Virus record (IMG/VR): IMGVR_UViG_3300017788_000014
Span: 1 to 64,000 of that record
Strand: one strand, 5' to 3'
Source: a virus
Length of the DNA: 64,000 nt
Part shown: positions 49,267 to 58,999 of the stretch, in pieces
How positions within the stretch are numbered: the first letter of the stretch is position 1
How the letters are laid out: each line of letters opens with the position of its first letter
Notes under the pieces: generated by a model
The model's database searches: none
What the model saw: only the letters and a program-made list of their open reading frames with translations
Told to the model about the DNA's origin: nothing
Translations under genes and position numbers: made by a program

Positions 49267-50797
49267 CCCGCGATTTCAAAATTATCCGGTGCTCATTCAA
49301 AAAGTCGGCAATGTCATCAAATTGACGGGAGAGGGCGATACGGCGTTAAATCCGGAGTTGATTCGCGCGTTGACTCACGATTTAAAGTATTCCCATGTCG
49401 AGCAATTGCACGGACAGTCTCGCCGTAATCCTGTAACCGGGCAGCGCGTATTTTTCAACACGACCGAGTACAAGTTATTTCGTGTTGAAAACGGGCATAT
49501 TATGTTGCTCGGTGGTTACTTAGCCCGCATGAGTCGCCGGCTGAAGAAACTCGGGTGCCGCGCGGCGATTGTCGATCAAACTCCGCCGCGTAAGCGACCC
49601 AATTGTTACGTGCCGCAATGGTCGCGCATTCCCGACTCATTTCAATTTCGGCCCCGGCAGCGCGAGTGTCTTGAAATTATTGCTCGTGTGCCATGCGGCG
49701 TCATTAAAGCCGTCGCGGGCTTCGGAAAAACTACGCTGATCGGTGCCGCGGCGCAGATATTTCCAGACGCCCGTATCGATGTAGTGACAAAGTCGGTCGA
49801 CGTCGCCGAGCGGATTGTGCGCAGTTTACGTCGGTTCGTTCCGAAAGTTGGCATGATTGGCGACGGCTATCGCCAACGCGAGCGCGTCACTGTGATCACA
49901 GCCGGCAGTTTGGCGCACGCAGATGGTGAGGCAGATTTTCTGTTTGCGGACGAAGTGCACCAGTTAGCGACGATCAATTTTTCGACGGCGCTGGCTGCGC
50001 GGTATAGGAACTCTCGGAACTTTGGTCTGAGCGCCACACCGTACGCGCGTATGGACAACGCGCACGCTGTTCTGGAGCCCTTGTTCGGCCCGATGGTGTT
50101 TGACCTGCCGTATCCGCAAGCGGTCGAACTGGGGCTCGTGGTGCCCGTACGCGTGCGGTGGCTGCCGATGCGGTTGGTGCACAATCCCGCTGAGCGGTAC
50201 AAACACCGAGTCGCGAAAAAGCGGTACGGCATCTGGACAAACCGTGAGCGAAATGGCATGATCGCCGCAGCCGTGCGGGACTACGCGCCAGACCAGCAGA
50301 TTTTAATTCTGGTAGAGACGATTGAGCATGCCGTGCATCTCGGTTCGCTGCTGCCGGATTTCACGCTGGTGTACGCCAATATGGCGCCGTACGACTGCGC
50401 GGCATACAAAAAGATGAAGTTGTTGCCCGAAGATTACGCGCCCTTGACCGGCATCCAGCGTCACGATCTGCGCGACGCTTTCGAGTCTGGTGAATTAAAA
50501 CGCGTAATTGCTACCGATGTGTGGTCAACCGGCGTCGATTTCGAGCAATTAAATGTGTTGGTCCGCGCAGATGATCGCGACAGCGACATTGTCGACGTTC
50601 AGGGCCCCGGCCGTGTGAGCCGTATTTATACGGCACCAGACGGTACGGTAAAAGAATTCGGCGAAGTCGTGGATTGCATGGATACGTTCGATCCGACGTT
50701 CTACCGCAAAAGCATCGGCCGCCGCGACAGTTATCGTTTACTTGGATGGGAGCAAAACTGGAATGAGGCTCAAAGAAGTTGGCGCACTGGCGGGTGA
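49211..50797 (+). CDS. Superfamily 2 DNA helicase (UvsW/Rad25-like)
   Basis: Motifs AGFGKT, DEVH, SAT, TGVDF and QGPGRVSR; start uncertain. Confidence 0.88.
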   Translation: MAPSRSSQSNRSTTPDGNDPRFQNYPVLIQKVGNVIKLTGEGDTALNPELIRALTHDLKYSHVEQLHGQSRRNPVTGQRVFFNTTEYKLFRVENGHIMLLGGYLARMSRRLKKLGCRAAIVDQTPPRKRPNCYVPQWSRIPDSFQFRPRQRECLEIIARVPCGVIKAVAGFGKTTLIGAAAQIFPDARIDVVTKSVDVAERIVRSLRRFVPKVGMIGDGYRQRERVTVITAGSLAHADGEADFLFADEVHQLATINFSTALAARYRNSRNFGLSATPYARMDNAHAVLEPLFGPMVFDLPYPQAVELGLVVPVRVRWLPMRLVHNPAERYKHRVAKKRYGIWTNRERNGMIAAAVRDYAPDQQILILVETIEHAVHLGSLLPDFTLVYANMAPYDCAAYKKMKLLPEDYAPLTGIQRHDLRDAFESGELKRVIATDVWSTGVDFEQLNVLVRADDRDSDIVDVQGPGRVSRIYTAPDGTVKEFGEVVDCMDTFDPTFYRKSIGRRDSYRLLGWEQNWNEAQRSWRTGG

Positions 50798-51518
50798 AGA
50801 ATTACTTTCGCACGACTGGTATCGCCGCCTTGATCGTGATCAGTTATTGGCCTACGTGCGTTATCAGTTTTTGTCGACGTATTTTCGTCAATACGATTTT
50901 GACGCCCGCGCGCACGTCACACGCTACAAACGCTGGGACGGCGGCCGGAGTGCCGATGGCGTACGACATAAGTCTATTTGGTCTGACATTGTCGACGAAA
51001 TTCTAAAACATGACGTTGTACCCGGATTGTGGGTGCACGCACATTTCTCGCCGTCGTTTTCATCGCTGCTGTGTGAATCCCGTAAGGGTTTCACTAGCGT
51101 ACAGCCGGCAATGCTGCGCGGTCCGTCGTCGCACGCGGCATACCGCGATTATTTATCCGCGTGCCCGCTCAGTATTCGGCAGGCGTATCATGTCGCGCAC
51201 AATTCGATTATGGCGCGTTATTCGGCTACGACGGTTTATCAGTTGCCGCCGGACGATCATTACTTTTACGTGTTGTGCGATACGGCATACGTGAACGCAA
51301 GTCCGTTTTTTCGGCACGCTTTCGGCGCGCTAGCAAATTGTCATCGCGTTGAGTCCCGCTACATCTTCGAAGCCGCGATCGAATACGAGGCCAAGCAATC
51401 TATGTACGACCGCGTAATCGACGACGGTATAGTTGAAAACGTCGCGTGGTGGCGTACAAACGATTTATTGCAGGAAGTCATCAATATTCGACAAAAATGG
51501 AGTGCGTATTGTGGCTAA
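50763..51518 (+). CDS. Hypothetical protein (positioned like a helicase loader)
   Basis: ORF between the two helicases. Confidence 0.6.
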   Translation: MRLKEVGALAGEELLSHDWYRRLDRDQLLAYVRYQFLSTYFRQYDFDARAHVTRYKRWDGGRSADGVRHKSIWSDIVDEILKHDVVPGLWVHAHFSPSFSSLLCESRKGFTSVQPAMLRGPSSHAAYRDYLSACPLSIRQAYHVAHNSIMARYSATTVYQLPPDDHYFYVLCDTAYVNASPFFRHAFGALANCHRVESRYIFEAAIEYEAKQSMYDRVIDDGIVENVAWWRTNDLLQEVINIRQKWSAYCG

Positions 51519-53190
51519 TTTTGAGGGGCAAACGCAGCCGGAAACAGAAGTTCCAGTTTCGTTTGTCGAGATTTGTGAACTCGCACGCGGCTTGATTCGA
51601 CACCGCAGTTTATTGCAGTCGGCGTTGCGCGTCGGTTTGACGGCGTCGCATTTCAATGGTGAACGAGAGTTTCCGCTGCATGTATTATTGAACGTCTATA
51701 CGCGACTAATAGAGCGCTACGATGTTGTGACACAAAATATGGTCATGACAGAATTGTCGTCGTGGGACGAAATCGGCGCGCAGCCGCTGAGTCCGGCGCA
51801 TAAAGAATTTCTGTTTGGCAGCAATGATGACGGATTCATTTCTGCCGTTTTTGAGATTAACAACAACGAAACGGCGGAACAAAACGCCGCCGAACGGCAG
51901 TTTGTCGAGGGCATTTTACGGCGATTTTTAAACGCGCGATTGGTGCGGAGCCAACTGCATCAAATCATCGCGGTCTCGACGAACGATGCCGCGCCTGCAA
52001 ATTTTAAAGATATGCTGGCGCGGTTTAAGTTGCAGGCCGAAGCCGTGCAGCAGGTCGGTATTGACACAACGAATGCGGCAGAAATGCCCGCGTTCGGCGG
52101 CCATGTTGTTTTGCCACCGTTGCCTGAGCCGACAACCGTGCCGTGGGTCGACAATTTTATTGGCGGTTTTCGCCGCGGCGACATTCTCGGTTTGATAGGG
52201 CCGTACAGCGGCGGTAAGACGACAATGTTGTCTGTATTAGCGGTACGAATGGCGCAGCAATATGCTGCGACCGACCGCCGCCGTCTTTCTGTCTACATCT
52301 GTTACGAAGACGGCGCGGCCAAGATGAATCATCTGTTTTGGTCAGCCGCGGCACACATTTCTCGAAGTGTTTTCAACGCAGCAGACCCAGAAACGTTTTG
52401 GGCCAATTTTTCCACACGTGACAACCTTAAAGATTACGACCGTTTGTTGCCCGAGAACAGAAACGGCGAGATCATCATGGGCGAACGCGAGCGGTGGTTG
52501 GCCGTGCAGTCGTGGTTTAATTCTCACTTTGTCTTTTTCGATTTTTCGTCAAATTCAAACACGGGCAACCGCGGCAGCGGCGGTGTGCATGAAATTGTGG
52601 CGTCACTGACCGAATTGTCTGAACGCCGGCAAATGGACATTGGTTTTGTCGGAGTGGACTATTCAATGCCGCTGTTAAACCGGTTTCTCGCGCGTGACGC
52701 CCGTACGCGTAACATGGAACAGGTTTGGCGGCCGTTACAGATGCTGCCGGACGAACTCAAAACAATGGTCGCAATACCGTTTAGTTCGACAGTTATGTTG
52801 GCGCATCAGTTGGCCGGTTCGGATATCAAGCATATTCCGTCGTGGCGGTATGTCGGACATCTGGACGCGATGGGTTCTAAAGCATTTGCCGAAAATCTGC
52901 ACGCGTGCGCCTGTATAAATACGCCCGATCCGGAAACCAAAGTGTCGACGCTAAATTGGTCCAAAATTCGCGCCGGCCGTCCGGATACTCGTACTGGTTT
53001 GATTCGCATTGACGACAATATTGTCGACGTGCCGTTGGTTGACGATCAGTACATGATCAACGAGTTCGCCAAACGAATTCAACGGCGCAATGAAATTGAG
53101 CCGGTGCAGCACAGCACATTGATGCAACCGGCGCAGCGGCGCGTGCGACCGCCGCTGCCTGTTCGAGATACGTTCAGCGACGATATGTGA
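51511..53190 (+). CDS. DnaB-like replicative helicase
   Basis: Walker A GPYSGGKT, YED, GVDY and AHQL; upstream of the primase. Confidence 0.8.
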   Translation: MANFEGQTQPETEVPVSFVEICELARGLIRHRSLLQSALRVGLTASHFNGEREFPLHVLLNVYTRLIERYDVVTQNMVMTELSSWDEIGAQPLSPAHKEFLFGSNDDGFISAVFEINNNETAEQNAAERQFVEGILRRFLNARLVRSQLHQIIAVSTNDAAPANFKDMLARFKLQAEAVQQVGIDTTNAAEMPAFGGHVVLPPLPEPTTVPWVDNFIGGFRRGDILGLIGPYSGGKTTMLSVLAVRMAQQYAATDRRRLSVYICYEDGAAKMNHLFWSAAAHISRSVFNAADPETFWANFSTRDNLKDYDRLLPENRNGEIIMGERERWLAVQSWFNSHFVFFDFSSNSNTGNRGSGGVHEIVASLTELSERRQMDIGFVGVDYSMPLLNRFLARDARTRNMEQVWRPLQMLPDELKTMVAIPFSSTVMLAHQLAGSDIKHIPSWRYVGHLDAMGSKAFAENLHACACINTPDPETKVSTLNWSKIRAGRPDTRTGLIRIDDNIVDVPLVDDQYMINEFAKRIQRRNEIEPVQHSTLMQPAQRRVRPPLPVRDTFSDDM

Positions 53191-53197
53191 GGAGATT

Positions 53198-54277
53198 ATG
53201 GCGCTTATGTCGCCAGTCGATGAGAAACCACTGAGTCCCGCGCTGTTCGAGCGTTTAAAGCACAAATTTCGGGAAGTTCGGATTGCCAATCCGGGTGTTT
53301 CTGCCATTGTGCACACGTTTCCCAATCCCGCCCGTCCCGGCACGCGCTTACGTCATGCGCAGTGCTGGGGCGAGTACTATCGAGTATGCTGCCCCTTTTG
53401 TAACGATATCGATTTTAAACTCTGGATCAATCATCTGTATGGCGCCGAATATGATACTGCGTTTGGTCGTCGGTCCGGCACGTATCTGGCGTGCTGTTAC
53501 AAAAATAACTGCCTTGCGGTTGCTGGAAGATCGCAGCAGTTAGAAAATTTGATTTTTGGACCCGGCCGCCCGCTCGCGACCAAGTTACCGATTCGCGAGG
53601 GCTTTGTGGATGCCGCGCGCACAACGGTCAGCGTCCCCGGCAAAATTTGTCAATTAACTGAATTGCCGGAGGAGCATGCGGCTGTGCAATATCTGCAGTC
53701 GCGAAATTTCGATCCGCGAGAATTGGAAACGTTTTTTGACGTCGGCTTTTGTGTAGAGCCTTCGCGCGAGCACCCGAGCATGCGCGAGCGTATTTATATG
53801 CCGGTCTATCACGACCGAGAGTTGGTGATGTTTCAAGGGCGGCGCCCAACGGCGGGCAATCAGCCTATGAAATACTACACCGCCGGCAAAAAAAGTATGG
53901 CGCTCTATAACTACGACCGCGCTGCGACGCAATTATTTGTCGTCATTGTCGAAGGCGTACCGTCGGCGTGGCGGCTGAATCCGTTCGGTGTGGCAATCTT
54001 TGGCAAAACGTTGTCGTCGTGGCAGCAGACTATGTTGGTGCAAACGTGGGCTGGAAAACCCGTGTTCGTGATGCTCGATTCCGACGCTGCTGACGAAACA
54101 GAAAAAATTCTCTTGCAACTTGCCGGTTCTGGACTACAACTGGTGCCAGTCCATTTGCCAGATGCCCGCGATCCGGCCGATTATTCTCGGGACGAATTGC
54201 GGTATTTATTGACTGCCGCGGCTGAGACGGCGCGCGTTGTTGTGGACTTATCACGTTTCGGGTCTGACGTATTATGA
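53198..54277 (+). CDS. DNA primase (Zn finger plus Toprim)
   Basis: CPFC, YLQSR, FQGR, IVEG, MLDSDA, DPAD. Confidence 0.88.
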   Translation: MALMSPVDEKPLSPALFERLKHKFREVRIANPGVSAIVHTFPNPARPGTRLRHAQCWGEYYRVCCPFCNDIDFKLWINHLYGAEYDTAFGRRSGTYLACCYKNNCLAVAGRSQQLENLIFGPGRPLATKLPIREGFVDAARTTVSVPGKICQLTELPEEHAAVQYLQSRNFDPRELETFFDVGFCVEPSREHPSMRERIYMPVYHDRELVMFQGRRPTAGNQPMKYYTAGKKSMALYNYDRAATQLFVVIVEGVPSAWRLNPFGVAIFGKTLSSWQQTMLVQTWAGKPVFVMLDSDAADETEKILLQLAGSGLQLVPVHLPDARDPADYSRDELRYLLTAAAETARVVVDLSRFGSDVL

Positions 54278-57200
54278 GCCGTACAACGTTTTTGTCGCAC
54301 CGGCACGTGCGCGCATTGCGTGATCCGGACAGCGCAAAGTTGACCGCGGAATTATTTCCAATGATTCCGCTGGACGCGCCCGGTATGCCGGCTCCGGGCC
54401 CCGACTTTTTAATTCACGCGGAATTGCTCGGAGATGCGGCGCAGGGTTCTTCGCGCAAGAAAAATCCGCCACCGCCGGGCGAGAATTTACAGGCGTTGTA
54501 TCGCAACGCGTTGTATTCGCCGGATTTTATTCTGCCTGTGCTGTCCAAAAACGGCACGGCGTCTGTGCACTTTTTGCCGGGGCACTTGATCGGGAACTAT
54601 CTGCTGCCGCCCGATGCGCAAGTGTTTGGGCCTTCGCCCGCCCGCGTCATGGTCGTCAGCAAAATTCCCGGGCCGATTGAACTGAGCGCCCGTAGCGCCA
54701 TATCTGAATCCAACATCATGCAGCCATTTCTGGCGGCGCTTCACGAATGCGGTTTTCAGGAAGACGCGTACGCGCAGTGGTACATTACGTTCGCGTGCAA
54801 ATTTCTCACGCCGACGCCCGATACCGCCGTTGTGCCGGCCGCGTGGATTAAAAATTGCGCTATTTTGCTGGAGCAGGAAATTCGTTTCGTGCAGCCGGAT
54901 TACATTTTGTGCCTCGGGCAGGAGGCGGCGAAGGCGGTTTTGCGGACATCCGGCAGCGTATCTGATCTGGTGGGGCGTGTTGTCCCGCTCAAAACGTACG
55001 ACGCGCACGGCCAGCCACGCACGGTGTCGGTAATGCCTGTGATGCATCCCGGTTACATCGTCAAAAAGCCAGAAGCATTTGAAGATTTTTGCGGGCAGAT
55101 GCAGCGGTTTAAGTCGCTCCTTGACGACGACATGCCGACTGTAGAATCTGTCGACCACGCCGATATTTACACGCTCAAAGCGTTGCGCGAAATGGTCGAC
55201 GAAATGATCGCCGATCCCGATCCGAACGCCAATATTATCGCCATTGACTGCGAATGGCACGGCGATCATCCGACAGAACCCGACGCGTATTTGCGAACAA
55301 TTCAGGTTTCTAACAAAAACAAATGGGCGCGGACGATTGTTTTGCGGTATCAGGGCGGCGCGGTTGCTTTTAAGCCGGGCCTCGATGCGGCACGAAAAGA
55401 ATTGCGCCGTCTTTTGAAGAGTACGGAGACGCGGCATGTACGCGTTGGCGGGCACTTTCTGCGTGCCGACCTTCCGTGGCTCATAGATTTCGGTCTTGAT
55501 TTACGCCCAGAGTACGCGCCCGATCCAAATCCGCAGGTGCGCCATCGCGGAGGCTGGGACACCAGTCTGATGTATCACGCCGTCAACGAAACTGCCAAAT
55601 ATGGTTTGGACGCGTGCTCTATGCGTTTTACGTCGGCGCCAGTTTATTGGGAAAAACTGGATCGCTGGCGTAAAAAGTACTGCGCGCAGCACAAACTCAA
55701 AACGAGCAATCTTGGCGGCTACGGCAACTGTCCGGCGCACATACTGCATCCGTACGCCGCGTATGACGCCGATGTGACGCGGCGGATTATGCTGCATTTT
55801 TACGGCACAAATGGCGCTGACGGCTTTTTGGCGTGCGACACCCACGGCAACGATTGCTGGTTGCCATACTGGACAGCGCACGGCGCGTCGCTAGCATTTT
55901 TGGAAATGGAGTTGACCGGCTTGCTGGTCGACCGCGATCGTGCCGACGAACTAACGAATTTATTTATGACCACGCAGGAAAACCTGCTGGCAGAAATTCG
56001 TGAAGAACTCAATTGGCCGACATTTAATCCCAAGTCGCAGCCGCAATTGGCTGTGGCGTTGTTCGGGCGGTCGTTTTTGGGCCGCTATAAAAACGCGCCA
56101 GAAATTCCCGAGGACGCGCGCCTGCTTGGTTTACGACCAGTCAAAACAACAGGCAAGCGTCCGGTGCTGTGGGCGGATATGAGTTGGCGCGGCGTTAATG
56201 CGGATACCGCCGTGCCGAGTACAGACAAAGAGAGTCTGGGAATTTTAGGTCATCGAAATAACACGGCAGCCAAAATTCGCGACTACAAGTTTATTAGTCA
56301 GGCGTTGCAATCGGTATTGCGAAAACCCAGTCTCACGGAGGACGGCGATGTCGAAAAAGACGAAAACGGCAACTACGAATACGACAAGGGAATCGTTGGC
56401 TGCGTCCATGCCGACGGCAAGGTTCGCACGCATTTTTTCCAGACCAAGGAAACCGGCCGCGCCTCGTCGTCCCGCCCCCCGCTCCAAAACCTGAGCAAAA
56501 AGCGCGAAGACGATTACGAGCGCATCATCGGTCGCGATCAGTATCGTCATCCGGTGCGTTCTATTTTGCGTGTGCCGGACGGTTATGTCGGAATCGAAAC
56601 TGACTTAACGGGCGCTGAACTGGCGGTGTTGGCGTGGCTCAGTCAGGATCAGTCCATGATCGAACATGTGCGCCGCAACAATCTGCCGTCAAGCCATCCG
56701 GATCATTACGATATCCACAGTCAACAGGCGGTGAAAACGTTTAACATCACCGGTATTCCGCCGACGAAAAAAGGTCTGGAAAGTATCGATAAAGCCGGTT
56801 TGCGCGTCGCCGCAAAAAACGTGAATTTCGGTATTCCATATGGTCGCGGCGCCGAAGCGATTGCTCGGCAGTGTAAAGAAGAGGGCGTAACAGTGACGTC
56901 AGACGAGTGCGCGCAAATGATTGACGCGTACTTTTCGACCTATCCACGCACGAAAGAATTTCTTGCCGAATGTCGCGCGCGGTCGCAAAATCCCGGCTGG
57001 ATCGTCGGACCGTATGGCCGCTATCGACGTTTTGTTGCCAGCGATGATCGCGCCGTTCGCGGCGAGCAGGAACGGCAGGCGCAGAATTTTCCTATTCAGG
57101 GCGGTGTCGCCGACGCTGTTTCTTTGGCGCTTAAAAACTTCTACTGCTACCGCGAAGCGCACGCAGATATCGATTACAAAATTGTGTTGCAGATTCATGA

Positions 57201-57435
57201 CGCCATTGTGTTGATGGTGCCGATCGAGCACGCTCAGCGCGTATATGAGGAGGTCATTCCAAAATGCATGATTGACGATGTGCCGTTCTGGCCGAGAAAA
57301 CTTGACGGTACGCCGATCAAGGTGTCTGAGCCCTACCACTTTGGCGCATCTCGCGAAGTCTTCGTCCACTGGGGCGAAGACCTCTCGCCGGAGGCGGCAA
57401 AAAATCTCGGATTAGGCTGGTTTTCCGGGGAATAG
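54274..57435 (+). CDS. polA: Family A DNA polymerase with N-terminal UDG-like and 3'-5' exonuclease domains
   Basis: UDG-like 'LEQEIRFVQPDYILCLG...MHPGY'; exonuclease DCE and YAAYD; polymerase motifs TGRASS, DLTGAEL, KNVNFGIPYG, NFPIQG and IHD. Confidence 0.93.
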   Translation: MSRTTFLSHRHVRALRDPDSAKLTAELFPMIPLDAPGMPAPGPDFLIHAELLGDAAQGSSRKKNPPPPGENLQALYRNALYSPDFILPVLSKNGTASVHFLPGHLIGNYLLPPDAQVFGPSPARVMVVSKIPGPIELSARSAISESNIMQPFLAALHECGFQEDAYAQWYITFACKFLTPTPDTAVVPAAWIKNCAILLEQEIRFVQPDYILCLGQEAAKAVLRTSGSVSDLVGRVVPLKTYDAHGQPRTVSVMPVMHPGYIVKKPEAFEDFCGQMQRFKSLLDDDMPTVESVDHADIYTLKALREMVDEMIADPDPNANIIAIDCEWHGDHPTEPDAYLRTIQVSNKNKWARTIVLRYQGGAVAFKPGLDAARKELRRLLKSTETRHVRVGGHFLRADLPWLIDFGLDLRPEYAPDPNPQVRHRGGWDTSLMYHAVNETAKYGLDACSMRFTSAPVYWEKLDRWRKKYCAQHKLKTSNLGGYGNCPAHILHPYAAYDADVTRRIMLHFYGTNGADGFLACDTHGNDCWLPYWTAHGASLAFLEMELTGLLVDRDRADELTNLFMTTQENLLAEIREELNWPTFNPKSQPQLAVALFGRSFLGRYKNAPEIPEDARLLGLRPVKTTGKRPVLWADMSWRGVNADTAVPSTDKESLGILGHRNNTAAKIRDYKFISQALQSVLRKPSLTEDGDVEKDENGNYEYDKGIVGCVHADGKVRTHFFQTKETGRASSSRPPLQNLSKKREDDYERIIGRDQYRHPVRSILRVPDGYVGIETDLTGAELAVLAWLSQDQSMIEHVRRNNLPSSHPDHYDIHSQQAVKTFNITGIPPTKKGLESIDKAGLRVAAKNVNFGIPYGRGAEAIARQCKEEGVTVTSDECAQMIDAYFSTYPRTKEFLAECRARSQNPGWIVGPYGRYRRFVASDDRAVRGEQERQAQNFPIQGGVADAVSLALKNFYCYREAHADIDYKIVLQIHDAIVLMVPIEHAQRVYEEVIPKCMIDDVPFWPRKLDGTPIKVSEPYHFGASREVFVHWGEDLSPEAAKNLGLGWFSGE

Positions 57436-57441
57436 TGGGGC

Positions 57442-57469
57442 TGGACTTTTGGTTTTCGTGTGTTAGACT
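57442..57469 (+). promoter_or_regulatory. Possible promoter (extended -10)
   Basis: TGGACT-N16-TAGACT with TG one base upstream of the -10. Confidence 0.4.
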
Positions 57470-57523
57470 CGGGCTATCCGTGTCGAACACTGGAGTTCGA
57501 CTGCTACTTTAAACAGGTGATTT

Positions 57524-58897
57524 ATGCCACGTTATAATTCTCAAAATCTGGCCGCTTTAAGTCCTGAATTTCGCAAAGCGCACAACATCTCAGCCGGCGG
57601 AACGACGAAAGCCAGTCGTTACGCGTACGGCAAGCGCAACAATGTCTTGGTCGCCGCGGGCGAGGCGATCAAAAACGGTCTGTGTCTTCGGCTGATGCCG
57701 CTCTACGACACCGACGACCGTGATTCGCGCCAACTGGTCGACACGTTCCGCGAAGGCTCGGAAACGTACGGCGACTGGTGCCGACTGGTGACTTGCGCCC
57801 ACTGGGTGGGAAATCCCGGTGTGTGCTTTATTGTGCACGACGGCAATCCCAATCTGAATTTGTACGATAGCCCGCTGCATGTTCTGCGCAAAGTAGCGTG
57901 GAACAATCGCGAGACTCCGGGCATCGGCCGTCTGTTTTCCGAACTGCTGTCGAACACGTTTACGCGTGATTCGCACATCGGCTCGCTGAAGAAGCCGGAA
58001 GAGACGTTGTTTATTTCGGCAAGTTCGGTGTTCGTTAACGACGGCAATGAAATTACGCTGGGCGCCTTTACCGACGACCGCGACCGGAATGCTCGTATCA
58101 TTGGCCTCAAAAAGACGGCGGCGCAATCGTTCTTGTCGGCGCTGAGCGTCAAGAATGAAGACGGCGGTTTTGCCGTTGCCGACATGCTCGCCAACAACGG
58201 CGCGCCGATCGTGACGTTCCTGCCGCTGAGTTACATGAGTGGCGGACAGAATCTCGTTGGGCACAGCGTCTCCGGCCCTGCGACGTTCCAGTGTCCGAAG
58301 TTTGTCCGCGGCGAGCGTAGCGCGCAGTATGTCGTGGGTTATCCGCAGTCGCGTACGGATAATTCGCACTTTGCGATTATTCATGACACGTTTATGGGTC
58401 AGGAAGTTTCGCTTGATCCGTATGCGCGTGAAATTGCAAACGAGTCGCTGTCGTGGGACGAGTATCTCAACGTACCCGCGTACGAAGAGCAGGCCGAGAT
58501 GTTGGCGAAAGTTTTTCCGCGTGAGGCGCTGGAGTATGCGTGGCAGGAATTTCCTGAGTATGCGCGCACCATTCCTCGCGGTACGGTAACGGCGTCAATG
58601 CTGCCGGACGACGATTTCGACGAGCCTGCTTCGCCGCCGGCATCGTCGCGGCCGGTTGCGTCGGCTGGTGCGGTTCGTTCGACCGGCGTCTCTGAGGCGT
58701 TTAACACCGCAGGCGACATTTCGAGCGAGGCTGCCAGTAGCGTCGCCGACATGTTTAACGCGGCTGAAATTCCGGCTGCGATGACGTCAACGCCGGCCGC
58801 GCAGTCGCCTGCGCCTGTACGGGCAGCACGCGGCGATGCGGTGCCAAACCGTGCGGATATTCTCGCCGCTGCCCGCGCCAAAACTCGGCGCGGTTGA
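57524..58897 (+). CDS. Putative ssDNA-binding protein
   Basis: Lies between pol and recA; 'LRLMP' motif; flexible Ala/Pro tail. Largely a positional inference. Confidence 0.45.
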   Translation: MPRYNSQNLAALSPEFRKAHNISAGGTTKASRYAYGKRNNVLVAAGEAIKNGLCLRLMPLYDTDDRDSRQLVDTFREGSETYGDWCRLVTCAHWVGNPGVCFIVHDGNPNLNLYDSPLHVLRKVAWNNRETPGIGRLFSELLSNTFTRDSHIGSLKKPEETLFISASSVFVNDGNEITLGAFTDDRDRNARIIGLKKTAAQSFLSALSVKNEDGGFAVADMLANNGAPIVTFLPLSYMSGGQNLVGHSVSGPATFQCPKFVRGERSAQYVVGYPQSRTDNSHFAIIHDTFMGQEVSLDPYAREIANESLSWDEYLNVPAYEEQAEMLAKVFPREALEYAWQEFPEYARTIPRGTVTASMLPDDDFDEPASPPASSRPVASAGAVRSTGVSEAFNTAGDISSEAASSVADMFNAAEIPAAMTSTPAAQSPAPVRAARGDAVPNRADILAAARAKTRRG

Positions 58898-58907
58898 TCG
58901 TTTGTGA

Positions 58908-58980
58908 GGGAACAATTTATGTTCCCGTTTTGCCGCCTTGAGGCCGTGGGCTCGCGCGAAACGCCCCGGCCTTGAGGCGG
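58908..58980 (+). terminator. Two hairpins between the putative SSB and recA
   Basis: GGGAACA/TGTTCCC followed by GTTTT, then a 14-bp stem at 58933-58980. Confidence 0.5.
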
Positions 58981-58999
58981 TTAACCAAGGACATCATCC

